From: an uncultured candidate division Zixibacteria bacterium
GTDB lineage: Bacteria > Zixibacteria > MSB-5A5 > UBA10806
Length of the DNA: 64,000 bases
Reading direction: 5' to 3'
NCBI GenBank assembly: GCA_963801605.1
Contig: CAWDFP010000007.1
Span: 1 to 64,000 of the forward strand
Position numbers and translations under genes: made by a program. Below the pieces are notes generated by a model. It saw nothing but the letters and a program-made list of their open reading frames with translations. It ran no database searches and was not told the origin of the DNA. Position 1 is the stretch's first letter, and each line of letters starts with the position of its first letter. Positions 50,794 to 61,540 of the stretch are shown here, one piece after another.

Positions 50794-50874
50794 TTTGTCT
50801 CCAATGATTATTAAGGTGTATTTTCAATCTTTTTGTCGCAAATTTCCAATTAGCTTACAAAAATTCTTAACTAT

Positions 50875-53101
50875 TTATAATACCTGCGACGGTTCTGCGT
50901 TCATCGCTTCCGATACCGCCATAAGCCTGTTTGATCCCCGATCATATCCTTCATTGAAGGCCGGGCCAAAAAACCAAATATGATATTTCTCGGTATTCCC
51001 CTCAGGTACTGAAAGGCACAATCGATATCGTTTTGGTTGATTCCATTTCATTTAACGGATCCAGCACAATCTTGTCGACTAACGAACCGGCGTTGTTTAA
51101 CTTCCGCCAGTAAGTTTTAAGAATTTCAAATTGAGGATTTTGTATAGAAAGTGATAAAATATCCTCTTTGATACTTTGCTCCTTGGTGATATTAAAAGCT
51201 GCGCAAAAAGCATTATTGGCATACAGGCTTCTGCCCCGGAAATCGGTGATTAATATCGGCTCTTCGAGATGCTCGAAAATCTGCTGGATAAATCCGGCTT
51301 TCTCCAGGGCTCGTTTATGCTCACTTATGTCTCGGACATTCCATTGTACCAGGGTATTCTCTCCGGTATAAATTATCGAAACCGTGACCAGGGCTGGAAT
51401 CTTTTGGCCATCGTGCGCCATATATTCTATTTCGCCGAGCCTTCCCCATCCGATCTTATTGACCTCCTGCCATAATCTTTTGGCGATATACATCTGAGGC
51501 TCGGGCTGCAATTCCCAGATATGAAAAGCCGTATATTCCGATTTAGTATATTTAAATAGCCTCTGGGCGGTCTCGTTGGAATCTTTGATCTTTCCGGTCT
51601 CGGGATCCACGAAAAATATGGCGTCTCCGGCCAAATCGACCGAAAATTTATAGAGCTTCTCGGAAGCCTTAAGTTTCATGTAGAGACGGCTGTTTTCAAT
51701 TACCGCTGATGCCTGCGATGCGAAAACCGTCAGCACCTTAATGTCATCTTCCTCAAAACATCGTCTGCCCATCTTGTATAATGTCAGGGCGCCGATCACG
51801 AGGTCCTTGGCCATCAGCGGCACCGAGAGCAGAGATTCTTCCTCATCCTTCGTGCCCGGAATAAGCACGGATATCTTGGATTCTTCGTTATAATTTTGAA
51901 TCCGCGGTTTACCATCGGCAACCACAGCGCCCGTCAGTCCCTGGCCTATCGGTAGCTCAAAATTCATAACCTCGGCCTCAAACGCTTCTTCCGAGGAAAA
52001 TATGGTTTTAACAATCTGCCGGGAGTGATCCAGAGAAAATATCACGCAGCTATCCGCCTTGGTCAGATTTTGTGCCGCCGCCGAAATAGCGTTTAGAACA
52101 TCCTTCATTTCCAGAGATGACGATAGGGCCGCGCTGGTTTCGTAGAAGCCTTTAAATTTGGTTGATTCATTTTTCAGACGAATTTCAAGTGACTCTCGTT
52201 CCTGTTCATCGTGAACGATGCAAAGCAGGTTGCACAGCTTTCCCTTGGTGCTGTGAATTTCATTGAGCCGCAGCATTACCGGCGTTCGTTTATCGCTGTT
52301 GCATATTAACCTGCATCGGATTTTCATCTGGCCGTCCGAGGAATTTGCCTTGAAACGCCAATCCGACGGAATATCAAAAAGCTCTATGGCCTCGCTTTGA
52401 AGAATCTTTTCGTTATCATGGCCGCTTAGTTTGGAGAATTCGCGGTTAGAATAAACAATTTTCCCCGATGGATCAATAATTATAAAAGCTTCTGCGATGG
52501 AATCAACAAATTCCTTCAGGTTGAAAGCAAAGCCTTGGTCAGATGATGTTTTACTCCTTAAGAAGCTTTTAAATAAGGCAGTACCTCCTAAGAGAATGCT
52601 CATACCGAGAGCTACTGACTGAGGAAGCGCACTCAGCTTTAACGCCCAGATAATCAGGGCAAATCCCAGGATTATTCTATTCAGTCCCTTGAATAAAAAT
52701 ATGGAAGTTAACAGCAACAGGATTGCAATTGCCGGGGCGCTGAAATAATAGTTGGGAGCCATATTCCAAATTGAATTCAGAATCAGGGAATATAATGTTA
52801 TGCCTGTTCCCGCCATTAACCAATTTAACGTTCCCCGGTTTTTCCCTTCCTGTTTTGCCATTTCGGCTGATACCGCCGCTGGCAGAAATAAGAGCATAAG
52901 AATGCAAAATTCGCTTGATACGGCTAAATCTGTCCAATTATTCAAGGCTAACAGCATTCCCTCAAAAATCAGATATATTGCTACTACAATTTCGGGAAGG
53001 TTTTCGGTTAATTGTCGCACGCCCGAGTTTGCCTTCATTCTAACGATATTTATCGCCAAAATGAAGCCCATCGAAATAATTATTATCTCATGATATGCCA
53101 T
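50875..53101 (-). CDS. Membrane-anchored PAS-GAF-PAS-PAS sensor with no output domain; apparent frameshift near 51005 extends the ORF to 50875
   Basis: N-terminal TM bundle; PAS (IVYSNREF), GAF (GQGLTG, SLLSVPL, AVIENSRLY), PAS (DAIFFVD...RDISEHK), PAS (EPILITD..YANNAF). Confidence 0.85.
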
Positions 53102-53186
53102 AAGCTTATCCTCTTATAAATGCACCTTGATTTTATATCGACATTATTTATCGTAGAATTAGGAAAGAATGAGAATTCCACTCACA

Positions 53187-53224
53187 AAAAAACGGCATTA
53201 AACTGGGAAAAATATAATGCCGCC
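53187..53224 (-). terminator. Intrinsic terminator
   Basis: Minus strand GGCGGCATTA-loop-TAATGCCGTT followed by TTTT. Confidence 0.65.
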
Positions 53225-53250
53225 CTAAAGATCGATAATATAAATTTACT

Positions 53251-54675
53251 TTAATTAGGTAAATCTGCCTTCTGAATACAGAAGGTAAAATGAGAGCCAA
53301 CGCCTAATCTGCTTTCCAGTTGAAGCTTATGTCCGTGGGCCTGGATAATCTCTTTGGCCAGCGCCAGCCCCAGCCCGGCTCTATCCTGAGCGTCGATAGG
53401 CTCAACCTGGTAGAATCGCTCGAAAACCTTATCGATCTGATTTTGAGGAATTCCGCGGCCCGAATCCTCGATACTAACCGAAATCTCATCGCCGGCGTCT
53501 CTGCAGGTTATTCTTACATGTCCGTCGTCGGTAAAACCGATAGCATTTGAAATGAGATTTTCCAGCGCTAATGTCATCCATTTCCTATCGATCATCACGC
53601 TGAAATCATTCGACATCAGCTTCATTTCGAATTTTAGTCCCTTATGCCTGGCCTTAGCCTTGAACTGCTCATAGACGGGCTCCATGAACGTTTTTAAGGA
53701 TACCGGTTTCAGATCCAATATCGTTTCGCCATGTTCGAGTTGTGATATATCGATCAGGGTTCTAATTATTTCCTGTACCTTTTTAATTTGCTCAAGCGCC
53801 CGGCATAACAATGCCCGATGATCCTCATTGCCCGATTTATTGAGTTCGACGATGCTCCTTATTTGCCCTTGAATTTCCAGCAGGGGCTGCTCCAGCCGCT
53901 CACCGATTTGCCCGAAAAAATCCCTTTGGGTCATTTTAAGCTTTGAAAGGTCCCCTTTGGCCCGGTTGAGATTATCGACGATATCGTTAAGGGCGTCCGC
54001 CAGGTCGCCAACCTCATCCGGACTTTTAATATCTATTTTCTCCGGCGATTCGCCCTGGCGGATATGCTGAGCTAATATGGTAAGTTTTTCGAGTTGACCG
54101 GTGATTTTCGCCGATACCCAGAAGGCTACCGCAATGAGCGCCAACAGGCTCAGAAAACTTGACCAGAAAATCACTTCACGCATACGAGCTTTTAGCATGG
54201 AGACTCTGCTGTATGATTTTACCTGCAATAGCAAATCGCCGTTGGAAAGCTCCGTTTGGACCTGCAAATATCGGTTCATTCCGATATTGATAAATTTATG
54301 CCTAACTTTATCCGAAATATCCTGAGCGCTTTTTTCGATAGGAATAGACAATAGAAATACGGAATCAGCCGGAGGCTCGTCGTAGTGGCGCGAAAGAATA
54401 TCGCTGTTTTTTGAAAGTAGAAATACGCTGGTGCCCGTTATTTTGGAGATTTCCGCAGTCAGGCTGTCCGGATTGAACGGCGCATTCGCCATTGAGAGAG
54501 CGCCTGCAACCTGGCCGGCAACCCGCATTTGCTGAAGGTACATGCCATCGAAAAAGATATTAACCTGATTGAAAGCATAAATGATCGCCGGTATTGCCCC
54601 GGCCAAAAAAAGCAGCGAGAAACTCAAGGCAATTCTAACCTTGATTCGCCTTAAAAATTCAAAATTCAACTTCAC
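53251..54675 (-). CDS. Membrane HAMP-HisKA-HATPase kinase-like protein lacking the phosphoacceptor His
   Basis: 2 TM, HAMP (DEVGDLADALN), H-box region reads DFFGQIGERLEQPL; intact NLISNA, DSGRGI, FERFYQ, GLGLA. Confidence 0.88.
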   Translation of the reverse strand: MKLNFEFLRRIKVRIALSFSLLFLAGAIPAIIYAFNQVNIFFDGMYLQQMRVAGQVAGALSMANAPFNPDSLTAEISKITGTSVFLLSKNSDILSRHYDEPPADSVFLLSIPIEKSAQDISDKVRHKFINIGMNRYLQVQTELSNGDLLLQVKSYSRVSMLKARMREVIFWSSFLSLLALIAVAFWVSAKITGQLEKLTILAQHIRQGESPEKIDIKSPDEVGDLADALNDIVDNLNRAKGDLSKLKMTQRDFFGQIGERLEQPLLEIQGQIRSIVELNKSGNEDHRALLCRALEQIKKVQEIIRTLIDISQLEHGETILDLKPVSLKTFMEPVYEQFKAKARHKGLKFEMKLMSNDFSVMIDRKWMTLALENLISNAIGFTDDGHVRITCRDAGDEISVSIEDSGRGIPQNQIDKVFERFYQVEPIDAQDRAGLGLALAKEIIQAHGHKLQLESRLGVGSHFTFCIQKADLPN

Positions 54676-54780
54676 CCGGCCGCTCTCTCATTCATCAAGG
54701 GAAATATGTATCATTACCCAATTCCAAAAGCAAGGCAAATCGACTGTTGCTCCGTTCGATAAAACCAATATATTGTCGTT

Positions 54781-55980
54781 ATGACAAGGTCTTACTGGCA
54801 AATTAAGGGCGATCATCTGGTGCGCCCGCCAAAACCCGAGGGCGCCGTTTCTCGCGTTTGCGATATTGCTGTTGTCGGAGGCGGCCTGCTGGGCATCTCA
54901 ACTGCCCACTACCTCAAATCCCTAGGATGCAACCGAGTTATTGTCCTGGAAAAAGAGCATGTCGGTTATGGGGCATCCGGGCGTAATGCCGGTTTTCTTC
55001 TTTCGGGAATGGCTGAGCCATACTCGCGCCTGTTGGTCGGCATGGGCCGCGATTGGGCCATGGCGCTCATGAAAGCGACAATTGAAAATCATGACTTGAT
55101 TGCTAATGTCATCTCCGAAAAAAAGATTTCTTGCAATTATCAGAGGATCGGTTCATACCATCTCGCCGTTACGGATGCTGAACGTCGCGAACTGGCCGAT
55201 TCTGTCGAGAAGCTTCAAAAGGACGGTTTTACCGGTGAGTTTTTCGGCGCTGGAGCCATTGCCGCCAATTTGGGATTTGGAAACTATACTGGCGGCTATT
55301 TCTGCCCTGTAGACGGTAATCTCGATCCTTACGCCTTTGTAAATGGTTTAGCGGACGGTCTTGATATTATCGAGGGGTTCGATGTCAGATCGATTCGTAA
55401 GATTGGCGGCCAGGTAGAGCTGTTGGGGGATATCGGATCAGTTAAGTCTGAAATGATTGTATTAGCCACTAATGCCTACTCGCCTTTGCTCGATGATTAT
55501 TTCAATAATATGATTTTTCCGGTCCGAGGCCAGATGCTTGCCACAACCGCCGGGCAGAATAAACATTTAGCTAAAACCACATATTACGCCAATTTTGGCT
55601 ATGATTATTTCCGTCAATCGCCCGACGGGGCCATTCTTATGGGAGGCTTACGGGATAAGTTCATCGAAAGCGAGGTAGGTTTTTCCGATGATCTCAACCC
55701 TGCCCTTCAGAAAGGATTGGAGGATTACGTTCATGCCAATCTCGGGCTGGATTCATTTGAGGTAGAGTACCGCTGGAGCGGACTGATGGCCAACACTATC
55801 GATGGCCTACCGCTCGTAGGCGCTTTGCCTCACAATAGCTCCGTGGTGGCCGCCGTCGGATGCAATGGCCATGGCTTTGGACTGGGAATGATTATTGCCC
55901 GCGATGTTGCCAGGGCGCTCGTGCTTGGAGAGACGTCCGATCTCCTGAAACGGTTTTCCCTGAAACGATTCGCCAGATAA
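54781..55980 (+). CDS. FAD-dependent oxidoreductase, DAO/PuuB-like family
   Basis: VVGGGLLG, GASGRNAG, LATNAY, PVRGQM, WSG..DGLP.VG, GCNGHG. Confidence 0.9.
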   Translation: MTRSYWQIKGDHLVRPPKPEGAVSRVCDIAVVGGGLLGISTAHYLKSLGCNRVIVLEKEHVGYGASGRNAGFLLSGMAEPYSRLLVGMGRDWAMALMKATIENHDLIANVISEKKISCNYQRIGSYHLAVTDAERRELADSVEKLQKDGFTGEFFGAGAIAANLGFGNYTGGYFCPVDGNLDPYAFVNGLADGLDIIEGFDVRSIRKIGGQVELLGDIGSVKSEMIVLATNAYSPLLDDYFNNMIFPVRGQMLATTAGQNKHLAKTTYYANFGYDYFRQSPDGAILMGGLRDKFIESEVGFSDDLNPALQKGLEDYVHANLGLDSFEVEYRWSGLMANTIDGLPLVGALPHNSSVVAAVGCNGHGFGLGMIIARDVARALVLGETSDLLKRFSLKRFAR

Positions 55981-56040
55981 TCCTCAATAGGGAAGATCGC
56001 CTGTAAAATCATCTATATTTTATTTTGATTGAAAAAGTAA

Positions 56041-56685
56041 TTATATTCTTAGCGACGCAATCGCCTTATCGTATCCCTTGGAATTAAAAATATAATCTCC
56101 TGCTACAATCAGCGATGCGCCATTGGCTGCCGCCCTTTTCACGGTTTCGCTATTTAGCCCGCCATCAACCTCGATCTCAAACCGATAATTTTTATCACGT
56201 TTAACCTTATCAGCCTGCGCGATTTTGGGCAGCATGGCTTCAATAAACTTTTGCCCGCCAAATCCGGGGTAGACAGTCATTATCAAGAGCAGATCGATAT
56301 TGGCCAGGTAATCCGAAATTGCCTCTATCGGAGTATCCGGTTTGATACTGATTCCAAATGATTTTCCCAGGGCTCTCGTCATCTTAAGTAATTCCGAAAT
56401 CGGCCTTTTCACTTCCGAATGCACTGTGATATTATCGGCTCCCGCCCTGGCAAATTTTTCGATAAATTCCTCGGGATTGTCGACCATCAGGTGAACGTCG
56501 AGAGGCAGTCTGGTAATCTTTCGCACCTCGCTGACAAGTTTTGGACCAAAAGTCAGGTTGGGGACAAAATGGCCGTCCATGATATCTATATGAAGCCAAT
56601 CGGCGCCCGCTTTTTCGACTGCCTTAATTTCATCTTCGAGATGCAGAAAATCTGCTGAAAGAATTGAGGGCGCTACCTTGGTCAT
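56041..56685 (-). CDS. rpe: Ribulose-phosphate 3-epimerase
   Basis: APSILSADF, HIDIMDGHFVPN, DVHLM, MTVYPGFGGQ, EVDGG. Confidence 0.96.
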   Translation of the reverse strand: MTKVAPSILSADFLHLEDEIKAVEKAGADWLHIDIMDGHFVPNLTFGPKLVSEVRKITRLPLDVHLMVDNPEEFIEKFARAGADNITVHSEVKRPISELLKMTRALGKSFGISIKPDTPIEAISDYLANIDLLLIMTVYPGFGGQKFIEAMLPKIAQADKVKRDKNYRFEIEVDGGLNSETVKRAAANGASLIVAGDYIFNSKGYDKAIASLRI

Positions 56686-56687
56686 CT

Positions 56688-57470
56688 TTATTCCGTTGAT
56701 GTTACAGTCAGGTTTATGGCGCTCCATTTTTTGACATCTTGTCCGGCTTCTACCGATTGCGCCACTACGGTCTCCGGAAGCAGGTTTTCATTCTCGGCGT
56801 AATTTAGATCGCCAATAAGCAGGTAATTCTCTTCGGCGACCGCTTTTGCTTTTTCCAGATCAAGTCCGATAAAATTCGGTACTTTTACCATCATCTCAGT
56901 CTCAACCCGATTTACCACCAACTCCACGTCGGCGTTCAGTTTCATCACTGTACCGGCGGCCGGATTGGAACTGATTATAACTCCATCTGGACGGGTTTCA
57001 TCGGCGTACCAGGTGATATTACCTTGGCGAAGCCCCTCTTTTTCGAGAAGCAGGCGTGCCTCACGTAGCGTAAATCCCTCGAGCGTTGGCACGGTGGCCG
57101 AGGCTGATCCCTTACTAATTGTTAATACTACTCTTCTGCCTGTCTTGACGACTGCCCCGCCCTCGGGTACCTGTATTATAACTGTGCCCTTAGGACGCTT
57201 GGGGTCGTACTCTTCGCCGCCCATTACGACTGATAGGTTGGCATCTTTGAGACGAGCTTCTGCGGCTTGAAATGAGAGATCGATTACATTGGGAACATTC
57301 GTTTCTGCGCCTTGCCTGGTCCAGGCCGGCATGACGATAACATCGGCCAAAATTAACAGGACAAAAAACCCGGCTAAAAAAGTCCCTGCCATAATCCCCA
57401 ACCGGATTAAATTTTCCCTGCCGATTCGCTCCACTATCTTTTCGACTATTTTCTTAAACTTATCTCTCAT
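56688..57470 (-). CDS. Membrane-anchored protein with three PASTA domains and no kinase domain
   Basis: TM helix, then repeats VPNVIDL, VPTLEG, VPNFIG with Q.P..G motifs. Confidence 0.88.
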   Translation of the reverse strand: MRDKFKKIVEKIVERIGRENLIRLGIMAGTFLAGFFVLLILADVIVMPAWTRQGAETNVPNVIDLSFQAAEARLKDANLSVVMGGEEYDPKRPKGTVIIQVPEGGAVVKTGRRVVLTISKGSASATVPTLEGFTLREARLLLEKEGLRQGNITWYADETRPDGVIISSNPAAGTVMKLNADVELVVNRVETEMMVKVPNFIGLDLEKAKAVAEENYLLIGDLNYAENENLLPETVVAQSVEAGQDVKKWSAINLTVTSTE

Positions 57471-58800
57471 GATCTTTCCTTAAAAGAGCAAATCCGCCGC
57501 CTCCGATTTCATGCTTATGCGGCCAAGTTCTGTAAATGCCCGGCCTGGTAGCGAAAGGAGCTAACAACTCGCTCCGCTCGCTTTCGAGTTTGAATGAAGT
57601 GTTTGTCTTCAGAAATCGATCAATCACATCCTCAATCTCATCAGGCTCTGTTGTGCAGGTAGAATATACCAGACGGCCGCCATCGGCAAGCAGATTTGAC
57701 GCTTTTTCAAGTAAGAGACTTTGTATTTTTGCCAGGGCCTTAATGTCATTTTCCTTTTTAGTCCATCGCAGATCGACATTTTGCGATAAAGTACCTAAGC
57801 CGCTGCAGGGAACATCAAGCAGAATATATCGGAATTTTCGCTCCGGCGCAAATTCAATCAGGTCAGATTCTATAAATTCAATATTTTCAAAACCGATCCT
57901 TTTTACATTTTCCCGCACCTGCTTGAGTCGCACCGGGTTTATATCGAGCGAGAAAACTTTGCCCTCAGAACCGACCCTATCGGCCAATGCGATCGTTTTG
58001 CCTCCCGGCGCCGAACAAAGGTCGATCGCCTCATCCCCCGGGTCGGGAGCGAGCAGATGTACCGGTAGGCCTTGCGATTGGTCCTGCACCATTAAATAGC
58101 CTTCTTGAAATAATCTGCTTTTAATGATAGGCTGGCCATCAGTCGCGGTTATGAAATCACCGAAATATCTGGCCGGCTCAACTTCCAACCCCTCATTTTT
58201 CAATTCATCCAAAACACTTTGTCTGTTAATCTTTCTATTGATTACCTTAAAAAATGTTTGGGAACGGGCGTTATTGACAACGAGCATTTTCTCCGTCTCG
58301 TCATAGCCAAATCTGGAATGCCAGCGTTTTACCAGCCACTCCGGATATGAGTAATAGCTCGAAAGGTAGGATATAGGATCTTTTGTCTTATCGGGAAATT
58401 CAACTTTATTCGGTTCTCTGAGGTATGATCTCAAGATGGCATTAACAAATCCGGCATCGCGCTTCATTCCTTCATCGGCTGCCAGCCGAACCGTTTGATC
58501 CACCGCCGCAAATTGCGGAATTCCGTTCATTTCTGTAAGCTGATATAATCCGATTCTCAGGGCCGCCAGTACCTTCGGTTTTTGGGCGCGTATGGGAGCC
58601 TTAACAAATGCTTGAGCGATAAAATCAAGCTTCTTCAGATATCGAATCGTCCCTTTGGTAATTTCCCAGGCCAGCGACTTGTCACGCTCCTTAATTGCAG
58701 GATCAATTAAGCTCCCGAGAATTTCATCGGGGTCGCCTTTGGTTTGCTCAAATTCCCTGACAGCCTCCCAGGCGATTTTGCGGGGATTACTGAGCTTCAT
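57460..58800 (-). CDS. rsmB: 16S rRNA m5C967 methyltransferase RsmB/Sun
   Basis: NusB-like N-terminus (FVNAILR), YSYPEWL, DLCSAPGGKT, DVPCSG, YSTCT. Confidence 0.95.
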   Translation of the reverse strand: MKLSNPRKIAWEAVREFEQTKGDPDEILGSLIDPAIKERDKSLAWEITKGTIRYLKKLDFIAQAFVKAPIRAQKPKVLAALRIGLYQLTEMNGIPQFAAVDQTVRLAADEGMKRDAGFVNAILRSYLREPNKVEFPDKTKDPISYLSSYYSYPEWLVKRWHSRFGYDETEKMLVVNNARSQTFFKVINRKINRQSVLDELKNEGLEVEPARYFGDFITATDGQPIIKSRLFQEGYLMVQDQSQGLPVHLLAPDPGDEAIDLCSAPGGKTIALADRVGSEGKVFSLDINPVRLKQVRENVKRIGFENIEFIESDLIEFAPERKFRYILLDVPCSGLGTLSQNVDLRWTKKENDIKALAKIQSLLLEKASNLLADGGRLVYSTCTTEPDEIEDVIDRFLKTNTSFKLESERSELLAPFATRPGIYRTWPHKHEIGGGGFALLRKDHER

Positions 58801-61340
58801 ACCAAATCCAACGGCTCGATTAACCTCTGGCCCGATTTATGAAATTGATTTTTACGATGAATCGTCAAAGCCTTGACCAGACCAGGATCGATCCCTAATC
58901 CGAATATCGGAATTTCCTCCGGCTTGATATGACCATCGGATGTTTGCGAAACCTCCAGTAGAATCCCCATTTCGCTTGTCGAAAGATTTTCGATAAACGG
59001 GCCGGCGTCAATCTGAGATTTCTCGCCATTTTTTATCCGCGTGACTAAAAGAGTTTTATCTCTGACGATATTCGCCAGTTTCTCCGCGTCATACCGGATT
59101 CCCTCGATCAAGGGGATTTCATAATGAGCTAAGTTTAGCTGCTTGGTTAGCGACGCAATATTGGCGAAATAATATTTATATCCGGTGATTTCCAAACCCG
59201 GCGGCATGGCCGCTTTGAGTCTGTTCATATACTCTTCACGGAACGGCTGAGAAAGCTGAAGATCGAAATACTCGGCCTCTGATGTGTACCCCAACGGCAG
59301 CGGTTGCCCGAATGAAATCTTGATATGGGGATGATAGCCCTCGCTGTATGCCACCGGAATTTCGCCTCGGCGAAGAGCTCTATATAGAGTCCTGATAATA
59401 TCGAGATGCGACAGATAGCGAATTTCCTCGCCGCGCGAATAGCGGACCCGAATCTTGTAGCTGCCCGGCGTTGACGATTGTTTTACGATTCGCTTGGGTT
59501 TCCTGCCAAAACCGTTATCGGTTTGGGTTTTGGTACTCACATTATTGCCGCGATCAAATGCTGTAACCGGAGGAATCCCTTCTTTGGATTTCAAATTATC
59601 GCTTTTAAGAAACTCCTTTGAGATTCCCTTTTCGATATGATCCCAGGGGAGAGGAGCCTCGAGATCGATTGCCTCCGAATAATAGGCGGGATCGATCTGG
59701 CATTCGGCAAAAGCCTCATACCATCTTTGAGCGGAAAACCATTCTGACCAGCCGTCGAGACGCGATCCTTTTTGCCAGGCCCTTAGAATCACTTTCGAGA
59801 GCCGCCTGTCGCCTCGCCCGATAATTCCTTCGATTGCGGATAAATCCAAATCGCGATACTTAATATTAATATTGGGTTTGCGAACGCCGCTGATAATCCT
59901 ATCTATTTTGCGTTTCAAATCAATTATGCCAACCTGCTTTTCCCATTGCCACGGAGTATGCGTTTTGGGATTAAACGGCGAAATAGATACATTGACGTTG
60001 CATCGTCCCTTTTTCTGATGAGCCAAAAAGGCGACATGACGCAGAATAGTTACTATGCCATCGATATCTTCGACAGTTTCAGTGGGCATTCCGATCATAA
60101 AGTATAGCTTGAACGACTGCCAGCCGTTATCGAGTGCGGTTTCGATTGCCCTGTATATTTCCTCATCGCTGATATTTTTCCCTGATGCTGCTCTCAGCCT
60201 TTCCGTCCCGGTTTCAGGAGCTAATGTCAAACCCGATTTACGCGCCGACGAGATTGCCTCCAAAATCGAGGACGTAATCGTCTCGGGCCTCAGCGATGGC
60301 AGTCCCAGGCCAACTCGTTGTTCGCTTAACCGAGGATTGATTTTGGTCAGAAGTTCGCCCAGATGTTTATAATCTGTCGATGAGAGCGAAAGCAGGGTCA
60401 CATCATCGAGACCGGTGCAAAGTAAGCCTGAGAAAATTTGCGATGCTACCTCATCTGCCGGCCGTTGGCGACGGGGCCGATACTGATAACCCGCCTGGCA
60501 GAAACGGCAGCCCCTGACGCAACCGCGCATGATTTCCACTGATAAATGATCGTGTGTTGTTTCGATGAATGGTACGATTGGATTTGATGGATAATTTTCG
60601 GCCTTCAGCTCGTGCACGCTTCTAACTTTAATCTCATCGGGGGCGTAAGGATTCAATTTCTTAAGCGCTGAAAATCCGCCATCCGGATTATATTCCGGCT
60701 CATAAAACCGAGGAACATAGACTCCCGAAATCTGCGCCAACTGCAATAAAGTCTCTTCACGCGAAAGCCCCTGAGCCTTTGATTGCTTTATCGAATCGAT
60801 TAGTTCGCCTATCGCTTCTTCGGCATCACCTATAAAGAATGCATCGATAAACTCAGCCATCGGTTCCGGGTTGAGTATCGATGTGCCGCCCGCGATAACC
60901 AGCGGATCGCTTTGCGTTCTATCTTTTGAATGAATGGGTATACCGGCCATATCCAGCATGTTGATAGCCGTAGTGAATGTCATTTCGTATGTCAGATGCA
61001 GCCCCAGAACATCGAATTCTTTAAGGGGTGTAGATGATTCCAGAGAAAAGAGGGGGACGGCGTTTTTGCGAAGAGCCTCTTCCATATCGGGCCAGACCGC
61101 AAACGCCCGCTCGGCCAGGCTATCAGGCCTGCGATTTATAATGTGATAGAGTATCTGCATCCCCTGGTATGACATCCCGATCTCATACATTTCCGGAAAG
61201 CAAAGCGCGATTTTTATTAGTCCGGCATCATGACGCTTGTGGATTGCATTGAGTTCATTTCCCACATAACGTCCGGGCTTGATAACAAAGGGAAGGATCT
61301 CTTTGTTGAGGCGATTCCAAAGACTGTGTTTATATTTCAA
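58797..61340 (-). CDS. TIGR03960-type radical SAM protein fused to a radical-SAM-linked (DUF2344/TIGR03936) domain
   Basis: KPGRYVGNE, FPEMYEIGMS, EIMRGCVRGCRFCQAG, LYFMIGMP; C-terminal YLSHLD..R, YSEGYHPH..FGQPLPLG. Confidence 0.88.
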   Translation of the reverse strand: MKYKHSLWNRLNKEILPFVIKPGRYVGNELNAIHKRHDAGLIKIALCFPEMYEIGMSYQGMQILYHIINRRPDSLAERAFAVWPDMEEALRKNAVPLFSLESSTPLKEFDVLGLHLTYEMTFTTAINMLDMAGIPIHSKDRTQSDPLVIAGGTSILNPEPMAEFIDAFFIGDAEEAIGELIDSIKQSKAQGLSREETLLQLAQISGVYVPRFYEPEYNPDGGFSALKKLNPYAPDEIKVRSVHELKAENYPSNPIVPFIETTHDHLSVEIMRGCVRGCRFCQAGYQYRPRRQRPADEVASQIFSGLLCTGLDDVTLLSLSSTDYKHLGELLTKINPRLSEQRVGLGLPSLRPETITSSILEAISSARKSGLTLAPETGTERLRAASGKNISDEEIYRAIETALDNGWQSFKLYFMIGMPTETVEDIDGIVTILRHVAFLAHQKKGRCNVNVSISPFNPKTHTPWQWEKQVGIIDLKRKIDRIISGVRKPNINIKYRDLDLSAIEGIIGRGDRRLSKVILRAWQKGSRLDGWSEWFSAQRWYEAFAECQIDPAYYSEAIDLEAPLPWDHIEKGISKEFLKSDNLKSKEGIPPVTAFDRGNNVSTKTQTDNGFGRKPKRIVKQSSTPGSYKIRVRYSRGEEIRYLSHLDIIRTLYRALRRGEIPVAYSEGYHPHIKISFGQPLPLGYTSEAEYFDLQLSQPFREEYMNRLKAAMPPGLEITGYKYYFANIASLTKQLNLAHYEIPLIEGIRYDAEKLANIVRDKTLLVTRIKNGEKSQIDAGPFIENLSTSEMGILLEVSQTSDGHIKPEEIPIFGLGIDPGLVKALTIHRKNQFHKSGQRLIEPLDLV

Positions 61341-61540
61341 GTAAATTTATCTCCATTGCTCCACGATCTGCCAAAATTTTATGCTTATAACAGCACCTTT
61401 CACGTTGCGATTTTTACGCTCAGCCAAACAATATAAGCTTATCAGGGAGATATGGCAATAACTCCAAACAAGCGCAGGGAATTCATGTAAATAGAATTCC
61501 TGCTCTTCAAATATTCCTGTCTATTGCCTTTGATTTCTCG

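Noticed and set aside
48286..55980. Genomic island integrated at tRNA-Arg
   Set aside because: No integrase, no duplicated tRNA 3' end noticed, and no mobile-type cargo.
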